Origin: an uncultured delta proteobacterium
Lineage (GTDB): Bacteria > Myxococcota_A > Polyangia > Polyangiales > Polyangiaceae
Reading direction: 5' to 3'
Assembly: GCA_963716725.1 (NCBI GenBank)
Contig: CAVQUB010000001.1
Coordinates: forward strand, 225,901 to 289,900
DNA length: 64,000 nucleotides
Shown here: positions 53,127-63,911 of the stretch, piece after piece
Position numbering within the stretch: position 1 is the stretch's first letter
Layout of the letters: every line of letters starts with the position of its first letter
The notes under the pieces: model-generated
Databases searched by the model: none
Told to the model about the DNA's origin: nothing
The model's input: only the letters and a program-made list of their open reading frames with translations
Translations under genes and position numbers: made by a program

Positions 53127-53339
53127 GCGCAGCGCTCGCCGACAAACCCGAACGTACGCACCTTCCCCTGCCGCGCGCAGCAAACTGCGCGCGCGACGCG
53201 CAGCGCGCTTCTTGTTCGTACCGCGAGGCGCGGGCTGCGAGCACGGCTTTGGGGAAGGTCGCGCGGCCGGAGACAGCGCGAGGCAGTGGGTCGCTCGCGC
53301 CGAACCTCGATCGAGGACGCGCGGGTTGGGGCAACAACA
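53127..53339. repeat. Conserved non-coding arm, copy 1, with a large imperfect hairpin at 53161-53258
   Basis: Homologous to 58235-58362 joined to 60500-60584. Nested inverted repeats ccttcccc/ggggaagg, gccg/cggc and gcagc/gctgc. Confidence 0.9.
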
Positions 53340-53405
53340 CCTGCGTCGCTCGACGCCGACGCGGACTGGGACACGCCTGCGTTCCAGCGTCGCGGCGGCG
53401 GCTGA
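53340..53405 (+). repeat. ftsZ 3'-end repeat, copy 2
   Basis: 66 bp matching the ftsZ end, with three synonymous differences. Confidence 0.95.
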
Positions 53406-53449
53406 GCCTCCGCCACGTCCGCTTTCGATTCCTCCGTCTGGTATGTCGA

Positions 53450-53476
53450 ACCCCTCGTCTCGAAAGAGGCGGGGGT
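53450..53476. terminator. GC-rich hairpin (GAAA loop), homolog of 49037-49069
   Basis: acccctcgtctc-gaaa-gaggcgggggt, preceded by the shared ggtatgtcga. Confidence 0.6.
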
Positions 53477-53478
53477 GC

Positions 53479-55506
53479 CTATTTGCGTGCCTCGAGGTTC
53501 TGGAGGAGCTCGGCGTTGCGGTCGATCGGCGCGCCGCGCCGTAGGACCACGAAGTTCGGGCGCTCGGCGTGGAAGCCGAAGCGGCCGGCGGTGAGCTCGT
53601 CGGTCACGATGCGCCGCGCCGCCCCGAAGTCGATGTCATCGTAGGAGTAGAGGAGGAAGTCCGCCCCTTGGTGCTCGTATTTGAGCGTGAACAGGTACTC
53701 GCGCTGGGCGAGGTGCGGTGTGTCGTGCTCGGTGGCAGCCACGCTTGCGTTGGCCGGAATGGTCTCGGCGATTTCGCGGAGGTTCTTCAGCTTCTCGGCG
53801 TGCTCCGGGGTGAAGTCGAACTGCACGCGGCCGCCGCCGGAGACGAAGTTGCGTTGTTGCAGCGCGCCGAACTGATGCGTGGCTAGAATCGTGCCGAATG
53901 CGAGCGCCCCGAGGGCCGAAGCGCGACCGATGGAGCCGACCGTCTTGCCCAGGTGCTCGAGTGCCAAGACCGCTGCGATGAAGACGTAGGGCGTGAAGTG
54001 CGTCACGTACTGGAAGCGGATCTCCACCACGGGGAGGTATCCGGTCGAAAGCAGCGTGACGAAGGCGCCTGGAAACAGCAAGAACCAGAAGCGCTTCACG
54101 CGCAGCGGCAGAAAAGCGAGCGGCACGAATACGTGCAGCGCGAACGGGATCTTTTCCGGGAGCAAGATCGTCGCAAGCACGAAGAGGGGATTGGTGAGGA
54201 GAGTGCGGAGCACGCCTCTGAACCCTTCCTCGCCCGGGGCCACGAGCTTCTCGTAGATGTAGACGAACGAAGCGTCCCCATAGCGCGGCATGATGACGAA
54301 CTTCACCATGACGAGGTAGGTGGCCGAGAGCACGAAGAGCGCGGCGCCGACGCGCGCACGATGGCCGGCGAGAACCAGCGCGAGCCCGACACCGATTCCT
54401 CCGAAAGGCAGGTCTTCACGGCAGAAAAGAGCCATGACGACGAAGACCCAGAAAGGCACCCAGCGCTCGGCGAAGAAGAAGTATGCCGCCCACAGCACGA
54501 AGAACGCGGAGATCGTGAGGAAGTGGAAGTCGCTGAAGTTGGGCGCGTGCAGCGGGGGATAAAGGAGAAACGCGGCGGCCAGCAGCGCGGCCATCCAGTC
54601 GCTCCCGAGGCGACGACGCGCGATCAGATACAGCGGAACGGCCGACAGCCCGAGGAGCGCCGACTGCAGGATCACCAGCGTTGAAGCGTCGGGGCGCAGC
54701 GCGTAGATGGGCGCGAGCAGGTAGACCGCGGGCTCGGCGTGGATCGAGAGGTACGATCCGGCGCGGGGATGGGTGATTGGGCAGTAGAACGGCCGGCCAT
54801 GCAGGGTGTTCCAGAAGAAGGTCGCAAAGTAGCCGAGGTCGAACCCCGATGTCTGGCGCCGAAGGTGCTGGAGCCACGTGTAGTAGCTCATGTACCCGAC
54901 GAAGCTGCTGACGAGCACGACAACGATTGCGTGCGGGGCCCACGCGAGCACGCGGGCGCGCGCGCCAGAGCCGGCGGCACGGAGCCTGGCCGCGCCTGCG
55001 CGCAGCAGGCCGAGCTCATCGGCGGCGACGAGCGTCGTGCGCAGCGCCCGCTCGAAGGCGATGACCAAGACCGCGGCACTCACCAGGTACGGAAGATCGC
55101 GGCCGACCCAGGCGCTGACCTTCATCATGGGCGGCAGCGCCCAAAGCACCAAGGACGCGGCGAACAGCCGGGCGACCTGGGAGGCACGGTCGACTTGCGC
55201 GACGGCCGCAACCCTGCCCCCACGCCTCCACGCGTGGGCCCCGGCCGCCAACGCGAGCACACATGGAATGGCCGCGCCCACCAGGGTCCAGGTGATGAGG
55301 CGCTCGCGCACCGCCGATGGGACATCGTTGTGGGCGACGAAGGCCGGAAGCCACTTGCGCCCGCGCAGCGCGAGCAGGAAGCAGGCGAGGCTCGCGCCTT
55401 CAGCGGCGAACAAAAGCAAAGTACGCATGAGCCGCGTGGTCGCTGGCGCGTCGACGGCCGGCGGCGTGGCCGCCAATGCGCTCGACGTTCGGGAGTGTGC
55501 TGGCAT
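53479..55506 (-). CDS. DUF2079-like polytopic membrane protein (GT-C glycosyltransferase-like)
   Basis: Many TM helices with FDLGYF, SYLSIHAEP, DFH and CRED motifs. Confidence 0.75.
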   Translation of the reverse strand: MPAHSRTSSALAATPPAVDAPATTRLMRTLLLFAAEGASLACFLLALRGRKWLPAFVAHNDVPSAVRERLITWTLVGAAIPCVLALAAGAHAWRRGGRVAAVAQVDRASQVARLFAASLVLWALPPMMKVSAWVGRDLPYLVSAAVLVIAFERALRTTLVAADELGLLRAGAARLRAAGSGARARVLAWAPHAIVVVLVSSFVGYMSYYTWLQHLRRQTSGFDLGYFATFFWNTLHGRPFYCPITHPRAGSYLSIHAEPAVYLLAPIYALRPDASTLVILQSALLGLSAVPLYLIARRRLGSDWMAALLAAAFLLYPPLHAPNFSDFHFLTISAFFVLWAAYFFFAERWVPFWVFVVMALFCREDLPFGGIGVGLALVLAGHRARVGAALFVLSATYLVMVKFVIMPRYGDASFVYIYEKLVAPGEEGFRGVLRTLLTNPLFVLATILLPEKIPFALHVFVPLAFLPLRVKRFWFLLFPGAFVTLLSTGYLPVVEIRFQYVTHFTPYVFIAAVLALEHLGKTVGSIGRASALGALAFGTILATHQFGALQQRNFVSGGGRVQFDFTPEHAEKLKNLREIAETIPANASVAATEHDTPHLAQREYLFTLKYEHQGADFLLYSYDDIDFGAARRIVTDELTAGRFGFHAERPNFVVLRRGAPIDRNAELLQNLEARK

Positions 55507-55551
55507 GAGCCGGTCGCTGGGAGCGTCTCAATGGGGAAAGCGGCGGTGCGG

Positions 55552-55953
55552 TCAGTCGCTTCCGCAGGGGGTGTCTTGCTGCATGTTGATCACCCACACC
55601 CCGCCCTTGCAGACCGCGGTGATGAGCTCCCACTTGGCGGCGTTGCACCACGAGCACACGGATGTGGGTGGGTTACAGCAAGGGCCAAGAGTCAGCGGCG
55701 GATCGGCCGGGCAAGCGCAGAGGGCGTCGGCCTCGAGTGTGGCGTCGGCGTCGTGGTCGCCAGCGTCAGGCACGTCGAGTTGCGCATCGCGGTCCGTCGC
55801 CGAGTCGCTCGCGGCGTCCTCGCCCGGGGCGTCGACCGGGCCATCCGTTCCGCCATCCGACGCGAGGTCGGAGTCCGCCGAGCCCCCGCACGCGCCGTGG
55901 AGCGCGATGGCGCCAAGCACGGCAAGAACCAGGATGAAACGTCGCGCTCGCAT
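55552..55953 (-). CDS. Small Cys-rich lipoprotein (module 2)
   Basis: MRARRFILVLAVLGAIALHGAC lipobox, acidic linker and Cys-rich C-terminus; starts 10 bp after the protease stop. Confidence 0.7.
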   Translation of the reverse strand: MRARRFILVLAVLGAIALHGACGGSADSDLASDGGTDGPVDAPGEDAASDSATDRDAQLDVPDAGDHDADATLEADALCACPADPPLTLGPCCNPPTSVCSWCNAAKWELITAVCKGGVWVINMQQDTPCGSD

Positions 55954-55963
55954 GCTGCGTCCC

Positions 55964-58078
<2,115 letters not shown>

Positions 58079-58234
58079 CTGCACCCTCCCGAACCTGACT
58101 GCGTTCAGGTCATCAGGTTCACCGGGAGCCGTCAAGCGCAGTGGTTGCGACTCAGCGTCGGAAGGTGACGCAAGGGCAACACGACCCGCCGCCCGGCCCG
58201 CGGGCTGCGACAGCACGGGTCGCAGCGCCGACGA

Positions 58235-58362
58235 GCGCAGCGCTCGCCGACAAACCCGCGCGCACGCACCTTCCCCTGCCGCGCGCAGCAGACTGCGCGA
58301 GCGCCGTGCAGCGCGGTCCCTGTTCGCGCCGCGAGGCGCGGTCTGCGAGCACGGCTTTGGGG
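58235..58362. repeat. Conserved arm, copy 2, 5' part (intron 5' exon)
   Basis: Aligns without gaps to 53127-53254. Confidence 0.9.
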
Positions 58363-60499
58363 TCGCGCCCGGCATGGGCGCAGAACAGAAGGTGAGAACC
58401 AGTACTCGATGAGAATTGATTCAAGTCCTTTGAGGGCCCTGACAGAGGGAACCTCTCACCGAAGGCAAGGGCGTCGGCTCGGAGCACCGAGCTTCACGCT
58501 TGCGGTTGTGAGCCGCGGTGTGCCCGCGAGGGGACGTCTGGTGGAAGCCGTAGGTGCAACACGGAACCGAGCGCAAGCGAAGCGCCGTAAGGCATACGTA
58601 CCGTGGGTGAGCCGGTCTCCAGCGGCGAAGCCCGAAGTCTGTTGGTCGGTCGGGTGTAGTGGCGACGGGATTCGTGTGAAGTTCTGCGTTTCTTACCCGG
58701 GGAGATCTGTCGGCCTCCGTGCGATGAGCACGGTAGCAGTCGAGGACGAAAGGACGAGACGATGACGGGACGAGAGAAGTCGGATGGTCGCGTAGTACCG
58801 GAAGGTCGTCGAAAGGCGCACCGAGCCGACGAGGGTCGGGAAGGGAAGGCGGTCACGGCCAGCAAACAGGTAGAGCAGCTCGCTCTGTTCGACGAGACAG
58901 CCGAAAGCCCGAAAGGGGCCGCGGTCGGACGAACGTCGGGCCCACCCGGCGGGAAACGACTCGCGGTGCCGAAGTCGTCGCAGGGAACGAGCAACGCCCT
59001 ATCGCCGATGACGATGGAGGAGATAGCCAACGATGCAAACCTGAGACGGGCGTTTCAGAAGGTCGCAGCAAATCGCGGCGCCCCTGGACCCGACCGGCAG
59101 ACGATCGGAGAGGTGCGAAAGAACCTCGAAGATTGTTTGGCCGCGCTCGGGCGGAGCTTGCTGGACGGGAGCTATCGAGCCGGGGATGTCCGGCGCGTGT
59201 GGATCCCCAAGGCGAGTGGAGGTCAGCGAGGACTTGGCATCCCGAACGTGATCGACCGGATCGTGCAGCAGGCGGTGCACCAAGTGCTCAGCCCGCATTA
59301 CGAGACGACCTTTCACGATTGGAGCCACGGTTTTCGCCCGGGTCGTGGAGCCCACACGGCCATCAAACGAGCCAAGATGCATCTGGGAGCCGGCAACGAC
59401 TGGGTCGTGGACATCGATTTGGAGAAGTTCTTCGACCAAGTGAACCACGATCGACTGATGTCGCGGCTGGAGCAGCGCATCGCGGATCGCCGCGTGCTCT
59501 CGCTGATCCGACGGATGCTGAAGGCCAAGGTGGTGATGCCGGACGGAGTGGTGGTAGCGACGGACGGCGGGACTCCGCAAGGGGGCCCACTGTCGCCGCT
59601 GCTCAGCAACATCGTGCTCGACGAGCTCGACCGTGAGCTCGAAGCGAGAGGGCATCGATTCGTGAGGTACGCAGACGATTGCAATGTCTACGTACGGAGC
59701 GAGCGTGCCGGGCAACGTGTGATGGCGAGTCTCGAGCGCTTCATCGAGAAGCGCTTGCGGCTCAGGGTCAACAAGGAGAAGAGCAAGGTGGCGAAGCCAC
59801 AGACGCGGTCTTTTCTCGGACTGACGCTACATCGGCTGAAGTCTGGGCCAGTCCGCGTCCTGGTGGCGGAGTCGTCCTGGGAGCGTCTTCGGCAACGGCT
59901 GAAGGAGCTTACGCCGCGCAACTGGGGGCAGTCGTTCGACGAGTGCATCCAGCGCGTGAACGTCTATCTCCGCGGTTGGCTCGGCTACTTCGCGATCTGC
60001 GATGGGAAGCATCACCCTCGAATGGACCGTGTCGACGGTCATCTCCGCCGTCGCCTGCGCGCTCTTCTGCTGAAGCAGTGGAAGCGCAAGCGGCACATCG
60101 TGAACCGATTGATGCAAATGGGAGTGCCGGCTCCACTCGTGCACGTCGATGTACATGCACGAAGACGGAGCTGGTGGGCGCTCAGCAAGGTCCGCGCCGT
60201 TTCTCGGGGGCTCAACAACGAGTACTTCGAGCGACGCGGCCTCTTTGCGCTGCACGCTCACTGGCGTGGCAACCACGAGCGCATTTGGCACATCGGCTTC
60301 CCGCCGCCGGTGCGGCAGGGAAGATGAGCTGAGGCGCAAGCTGATGATGGAAGAGGACCCGCCCCGGGCTACGCGAGCCATGAGGTCTCGTGAAGAACAC
60401 GGCCGTCGCCAACGCCATCGTCCCGAAGAGCCGGATGTGAGGCCCACAAGTCCGGTTCTGTGAGAGGGGCCCCCGGGCAACCGGGGGTCCCTACTCGGC
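58363..60499 (+). mobile_element. Group II intron (IIC-like) with RT/maturase ORF
   Basis: Starts ..cgcccggcatggg, contains ttcttacccggggagatctg, DV gagccggatgtgaggcccacaagtccggttc and DVI with a bulged A at 60493. Ends are defined by the intron-free paralogous site gggg|aagg at 53254/53255. Confidence 0.92.
59008..60327 (+). CDS. ltrA: Group II intron reverse transcriptase/maturase without an endonuclease domain
   Basis: RRVWIPK, LGIPNVIDR, SHGFRPGR, GTPQGGPLSPLL, RYADD and domain X (LRGWLGYF). The in-frame upstream start at 58762 overlaps ribozyme domains II-III. Confidence 0.93.
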   Translation: MTMEEIANDANLRRAFQKVAANRGAPGPDRQTIGEVRKNLEDCLAALGRSLLDGSYRAGDVRRVWIPKASGGQRGLGIPNVIDRIVQQAVHQVLSPHYETTFHDWSHGFRPGRGAHTAIKRAKMHLGAGNDWVVDIDLEKFFDQVNHDRLMSRLEQRIADRRVLSLIRRMLKAKVVMPDGVVVATDGGTPQGGPLSPLLSNIVLDELDRELEARGHRFVRYADDCNVYVRSERAGQRVMASLERFIEKRLRLRVNKEKSKVAKPQTRSFLGLTLHRLKSGPVRVLVAESSWERLRQRLKELTPRNWGQSFDECIQRVNVYLRGWLGYFAICDGKHHPRMDRVDGHLRRRLRALLLKQWKRKRHIVNRLMQMGVPAPLVHVDVHARRRSWWALSKVRAVSRGLNNEYFERRGLFALHAHWRGNHERIWHIGFPPPVRQGR

Positions 60500-60641
60500 A
60501 AGGTCGCGCGGCCGGAGACAGTGCGCGGCAGTGAGTTGTTCGCGACGAACCTCGATCGAGGACGCGCGGGTTGGGGCAACAACCCTCGACGCCGACGCGG
60601 ACTGGGACACGCCTGCGTTCCAGCGTCGCGGCGGCGGCTGA
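60500..60641 (+). repeat. Conserved arm copy 2, 3' part (60500-60584), plus ftsZ 3'-end copy 3 (60585-60641)
   Basis: Matches 53255-53405 with a 9-bp deletion. Confidence 0.95.
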
Positions 60642-60888
60642 AGTTTCCTCCTCGCCTGCCCCCTCTGTCGGCAGCCAGCGGAAACCGCGGAATTCTGAGC
60701 AGCCCGAACTGACGGCGTAGTTGGCCCCGGTGTGGCAGGCCGCCGACGATCTCGGGCCGCCCACCAAAGAGTAGGGCTCGGAGTCACAACACTCCGAGCC
60801 CCGGGCCGCCGCGAGTGGACGCGTTCGACATGACCGTTGTCGCACGAGTCCTCCGGGGTGGCCGAGTTTCCGGTGGTCGCACTCGCGA

Positions 60889-61527
60889 GTGGACGATCTC
60901 CGGCAAGTTCAATGCGTGATGGACGCGTGCCGGCGAGTCTTCTACCTCTGCCGCGACTGCGATCACGGCCACATCTATTGCGTCGACGGGCGCCACAATG
61001 AAGAGCGTGCTCTGCGCCGCCGGACGAAGCAGCGGGAGCACTGGCGGACGCCGAAGGCGAAGCGGAAGACCGCTGCTCGGACGCTCCGCTGGAGGGAGCG
61101 TCGGAAGAAGATAGTGACGGACACAGGTCGCCAGGAAGTTGCCCCGGCGTCGATCGTTTTCGTCGCGGAGCGTTCCGCCGTCGCTGTGACGGTCGAGCCG
61201 CCCCGCCGCAAGGAAGCGACCGATGACCGACATCTGGATGGGAATTGCGCCGGAGCGGCACGCCACGCGTGTGATCGCGATGGCAGGCCCGGGCGAGACG
61301 ATCTTGAAGGCGCGCCTGTCGCCGTCGCCCGTGCACCCACGCGCGATGGCCACGCTGCTGGAGGCAGTGGCGCTGTGGCAGGGAACGCGGGTCCGCGCTG
61401 CGCTCGCTGCGGCCGAGCAGGGGGAAGGGTCCGACTCGAGCCTCTTTCGCGAAGCGTTCACCGACGGCGGACCGCTCTACACCGTCGACTGGGTCCCCGC
61501 GTGCCGCGCGCGCCGCCGGCACCGTGA
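60889..61527 (+). CDS. IS21-associated Cys-rich basic protein (putative Zn-binding)
   Basis: CRRVFYLCRDCDHGHIYC, a basic helix and CARCGR near the C-terminus. Confidence 0.55.
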   Translation: MDDLRQVQCVMDACRRVFYLCRDCDHGHIYCVDGRHNEERALRRRTKQREHWRTPKAKRKTAARTLRWRERRKKIVTDTGRQEVAPASIVFVAERSAVAVTVEPPRRKEATDDRHLDGNCAGAARHACDRDGRPGRDDLEGAPVAVARAPTRDGHAAGGSGAVAGNAGPRCARCGRAGGRVRLEPLSRSVHRRRTALHRRLGPRVPRAPPAP

Positions 61528-61591
61528 TCTCGCTGGCGTCGGCCCGTTCGGTGACCTGCGCCAGCTCGTGCTGTTCGAGGTGGCGCGATGA
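61223..61591 (+). CDS. IS21-associated hypothetical protein
   Basis: Globular 122-aa ORF with RBS AAGGA; stop overlaps the istA start (ATGA). Confidence 0.6.
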   Translation: MTDIWMGIAPERHATRVIAMAGPGETILKARLSPSPVHPRAMATLLEAVALWQGTRVRAALAAAEQGEGSDSSLFREAFTDGGPLYTVDWVPACRARRRHRDLAGVGPFGDLRQLVLFEVAR

Positions 61592-63132
61592 TCCCCGAGG
61601 AGCTGCGTTCGCGCATCCGACGGCTGTTCTTCGCCGAGCACTGGAAGATCGGCACCATCGCGGCCGAGCTCGGCGTGCACCACGATGCCGTCGAGCACGC
61701 GCTCGAGCCAAAGCAATTCATCAACAAGCGCTGGGCCGCTACGGCGGCGGCGCTCGACGCCTACAAGCCGTTCGTCAAGCTCACGCTCGACCAGTACCCG
61801 CGTCTGCGCGCCACGCGCCTGCTCGAGATGATCCAGGACCGGGGCTACACCGGCAGCGTCAGCGCGCTGCGCCGCTACGTGCGCAAGGTGCGGCCCGTCT
61901 CGCGCCACGAGGCATTCTTCCGGCTGTCGGTCCTGCCCGGCGAGCAGGCGCAGGTCGACTGGGGCTCGTTTGGCAAGATCCGGGTGGGCCGCGGCGAGCG
62001 CTTCCTGTCCTGCTTCGTGATGGTGCTGGCATGGTCGCGAGCGACGTTTGCGCGCTTCACACTGGACCAGACGCTCGAGAGCTTCGTCCGCTGTCATGTC
62101 GAGGGATTCGAGCGTCTCGGCGGCGTGCCGCGCACCGTGCTCTACGACAACTTGAAAAGCGTCGTGCTCGAGCGACAAGGCGACCTCATCCGCTTCCATC
62201 CGAGGATCCTGGAGCTGGCCGGCCACTACCACTTCGCGCCCAAGCCCGTCGCGATCGCACGCGGCAACGAGAAGCCGCGGGTCGAGCGCCGGATCCGCGA
62301 CCTGCGCGAGTCCTTCTTTGCCGCTCGCGGTTTCGCCTCGCTCGACGACCTCAACCGGCAGCTGGACGAGTGGATCCAGCGGATCGTGCACGCGCGCCGC
62401 GTCCCCGGCGAGGACGAGCTCACGGTCGCGCAGGCGCTGACCCTCGAGCGGGAGCGACTGCTGGCGTTGCCCGGGCACCGCTTCACCGCCGACCTCGTGC
62501 AACCCGTCGCGTCCGGCAAGACGCCGTACGTGCGCTTCGACCGAAACGACTACTCGATCCCCCACACGCTCGTTCGGAAGCCGCTGACGCTCGCGGCCTC
62601 CGAGACCACGGTGCGCATTCTCGACGGGGATCGCGAGGTCGCTCGCCACGAGCGCAGCTGGGACCGCCGCGCGCAGATCGAGTGCGAAACGCACCTCGCG
62701 GCGCTCGCCGCCGAGAAGCGCAAGGCCCGCGACCACCGCGGCCGCAATCGGCTGTCCGCGGCGTGCGCCAACGCGACCCCGTTTCTCGGCGCCGTCGCAC
62801 TCCACGGCGGACACCTCGGCGGCACCACCAGCCGGCTGCTCCGCCTGCTCGATCAGTACGGCGCCGTCGAGCTGGATGCCGCCCTGCACGAGGCTCACCA
62901 GCGCGGCGCGTTCGCGGCGCACTCGGTGGCTCACGTGCTCGACCAGCGGCGGCGCGTTCGCGGCGCTCCCGTGCCGCTCGACGTCGTGCTGCCGGCCGAT
63001 CCACGGGTGCGCGACCTCGTGCTCACGCCCCACTCGCTCGACACCTACGACCGCATCGGACGCACCACTCCCACGCGGATCGACGACGACAGCGCGCCAA
63101 CAAACAACCCCAACGAAAGGGACCCGTCATGA
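61588..63132 (+). CDS. istA: IS21 transposase
   Basis: HTH, PGEQAQVDWG, LYDNLK and EKPRVER (DDE) motifs. Confidence 0.95.
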   Translation: MIPEELRSRIRRLFFAEHWKIGTIAAELGVHHDAVEHALEPKQFINKRWAATAAALDAYKPFVKLTLDQYPRLRATRLLEMIQDRGYTGSVSALRRYVRKVRPVSRHEAFFRLSVLPGEQAQVDWGSFGKIRVGRGERFLSCFVMVLAWSRATFARFTLDQTLESFVRCHVEGFERLGGVPRTVLYDNLKSVVLERQGDLIRFHPRILELAGHYHFAPKPVAIARGNEKPRVERRIRDLRESFFAARGFASLDDLNRQLDEWIQRIVHARRVPGEDELTVAQALTLERERLLALPGHRFTADLVQPVASGKTPYVRFDRNDYSIPHTLVRKPLTLAASETTVRILDGDREVARHERSWDRRAQIECETHLAALAAEKRKARDHRGRNRLSAACANATPFLGAVALHGGHLGGTTSRLLRLLDQYGAVELDAALHEAHQRGAFAAHSVAHVLDQRRRVRGAPVPLDVVLPADPRVRDLVLTPHSLDTYDRIGRTTPTRIDDDSAPTNNPNERDPS

Positions 63133-63911
63133 CCGACCTCGCTACGCACATGCGCAGCCTCGGACTCCTCGCCACGGCCGCCGCGCTCGCCGACATCGTC
63201 GCGCTCGCGACCAAGAAGCGCTGGGGTGCCACCGAGCTGCTCGAGCACATCGCGGACATCGAGGAGAAGGACCGCGCGGTGCGCGGCCTCGCCAGACGCA
63301 AGAAGCGCTCCAAGCTCGAACGCTTCAAACTGATGGCCGACTTCGACTGGAACTGGCCCGAGAAGATCGAGCGCTCCCTGGTCGAGTCGGTTCTGCGCCT
63401 CGACTTCATCTCCGAGGCGCGCAACGTCGTGCTGGTTGCGCCCCAAGGCCTCGGCAAGACCATGATCGTCCAGAACATCGCGCACCAGGCGATCCTCGCC
63501 GGACACGGCGTGCTCTTCATCACCGCCGCCCAGCTCCTGCTCGACCTTGGAGCGCAGGAGTCGTCGCGAGCACTCGATCGGCGGCTGCGCTACTACGCGC
63601 AGATCGGACTGTTGATCATCGACGAAATCGGATTTCTAGCATTCGACAACCGGAACGCCGACCTGCTGTTCCAGGTCGTCAGCCGCCGCTACGAGAAGAA
63701 GAGCCTGGTGCTCACCACCAATCTCCTCTTTCGCGACTGGCACACCATCTTCCCCAACGCCACCTGCGCCACCGCGCTCATCGATCGTGTCGTCCACCAC
63801 GCCGACGTGATCAGCATCGAGGGCAAGAGCTACCGGGTCCGTGACGCCGAAGTCGACGCCAAGGCCCGGGCCGCCAAGCTGCCGAAAGGCGGTGCGCCGA
63901 AGAAGGCATGA
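63129..63911 (+). CDS. istB: IS21 helper ATPase
   Basis: DFDW, Walker A QGLGKT, LIIDEIG, TTN, DRVVHH and GKSYR motifs. Confidence 0.95.
   Translation: MTDLATHMRSLGLLATAAALADIVALATKKRWGATELLEHIADIEEKDRAVRGLARRKKRSKLERFKLMADFDWNWPEKIERSLVESVLRLDFISEARNVVLVAPQGLGKTMIVQNIAHQAILAGHGVLFITAAQLLLDLGAQESSRALDRRLRYYAQIGLLIIDEIGFLAFDNRNADLLFQVVSRRYEKKSLVLTTNLLFRDWHTIFPNATCATALIDRVVHHADVISIEGKSYRVRDAEVDAKARAAKLPKGGAPKKA

Noticed and set aside
53127..53339. Classical integron attC site
   Set aside because: No convincing RYYYAAC...GTTRRRY boxes bound the hairpin, and there is no intI in the window.
53085..53405. 106-aa ORF ending in the FtsZ tail as a confirmed gene
   Set aside because: Weak GTG start, Arg/Ala-rich composition and mostly non-synonymous differences from the second arm. 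Kept only as a hypothesis.
58762..60327. DGR or retron reverse transcriptase acting on the ftsZ-tail repeats
   Set aside because: The RT has group II motifs, domain X and flanking DV/DVI. Differences among the repeats are not adenine-specific.
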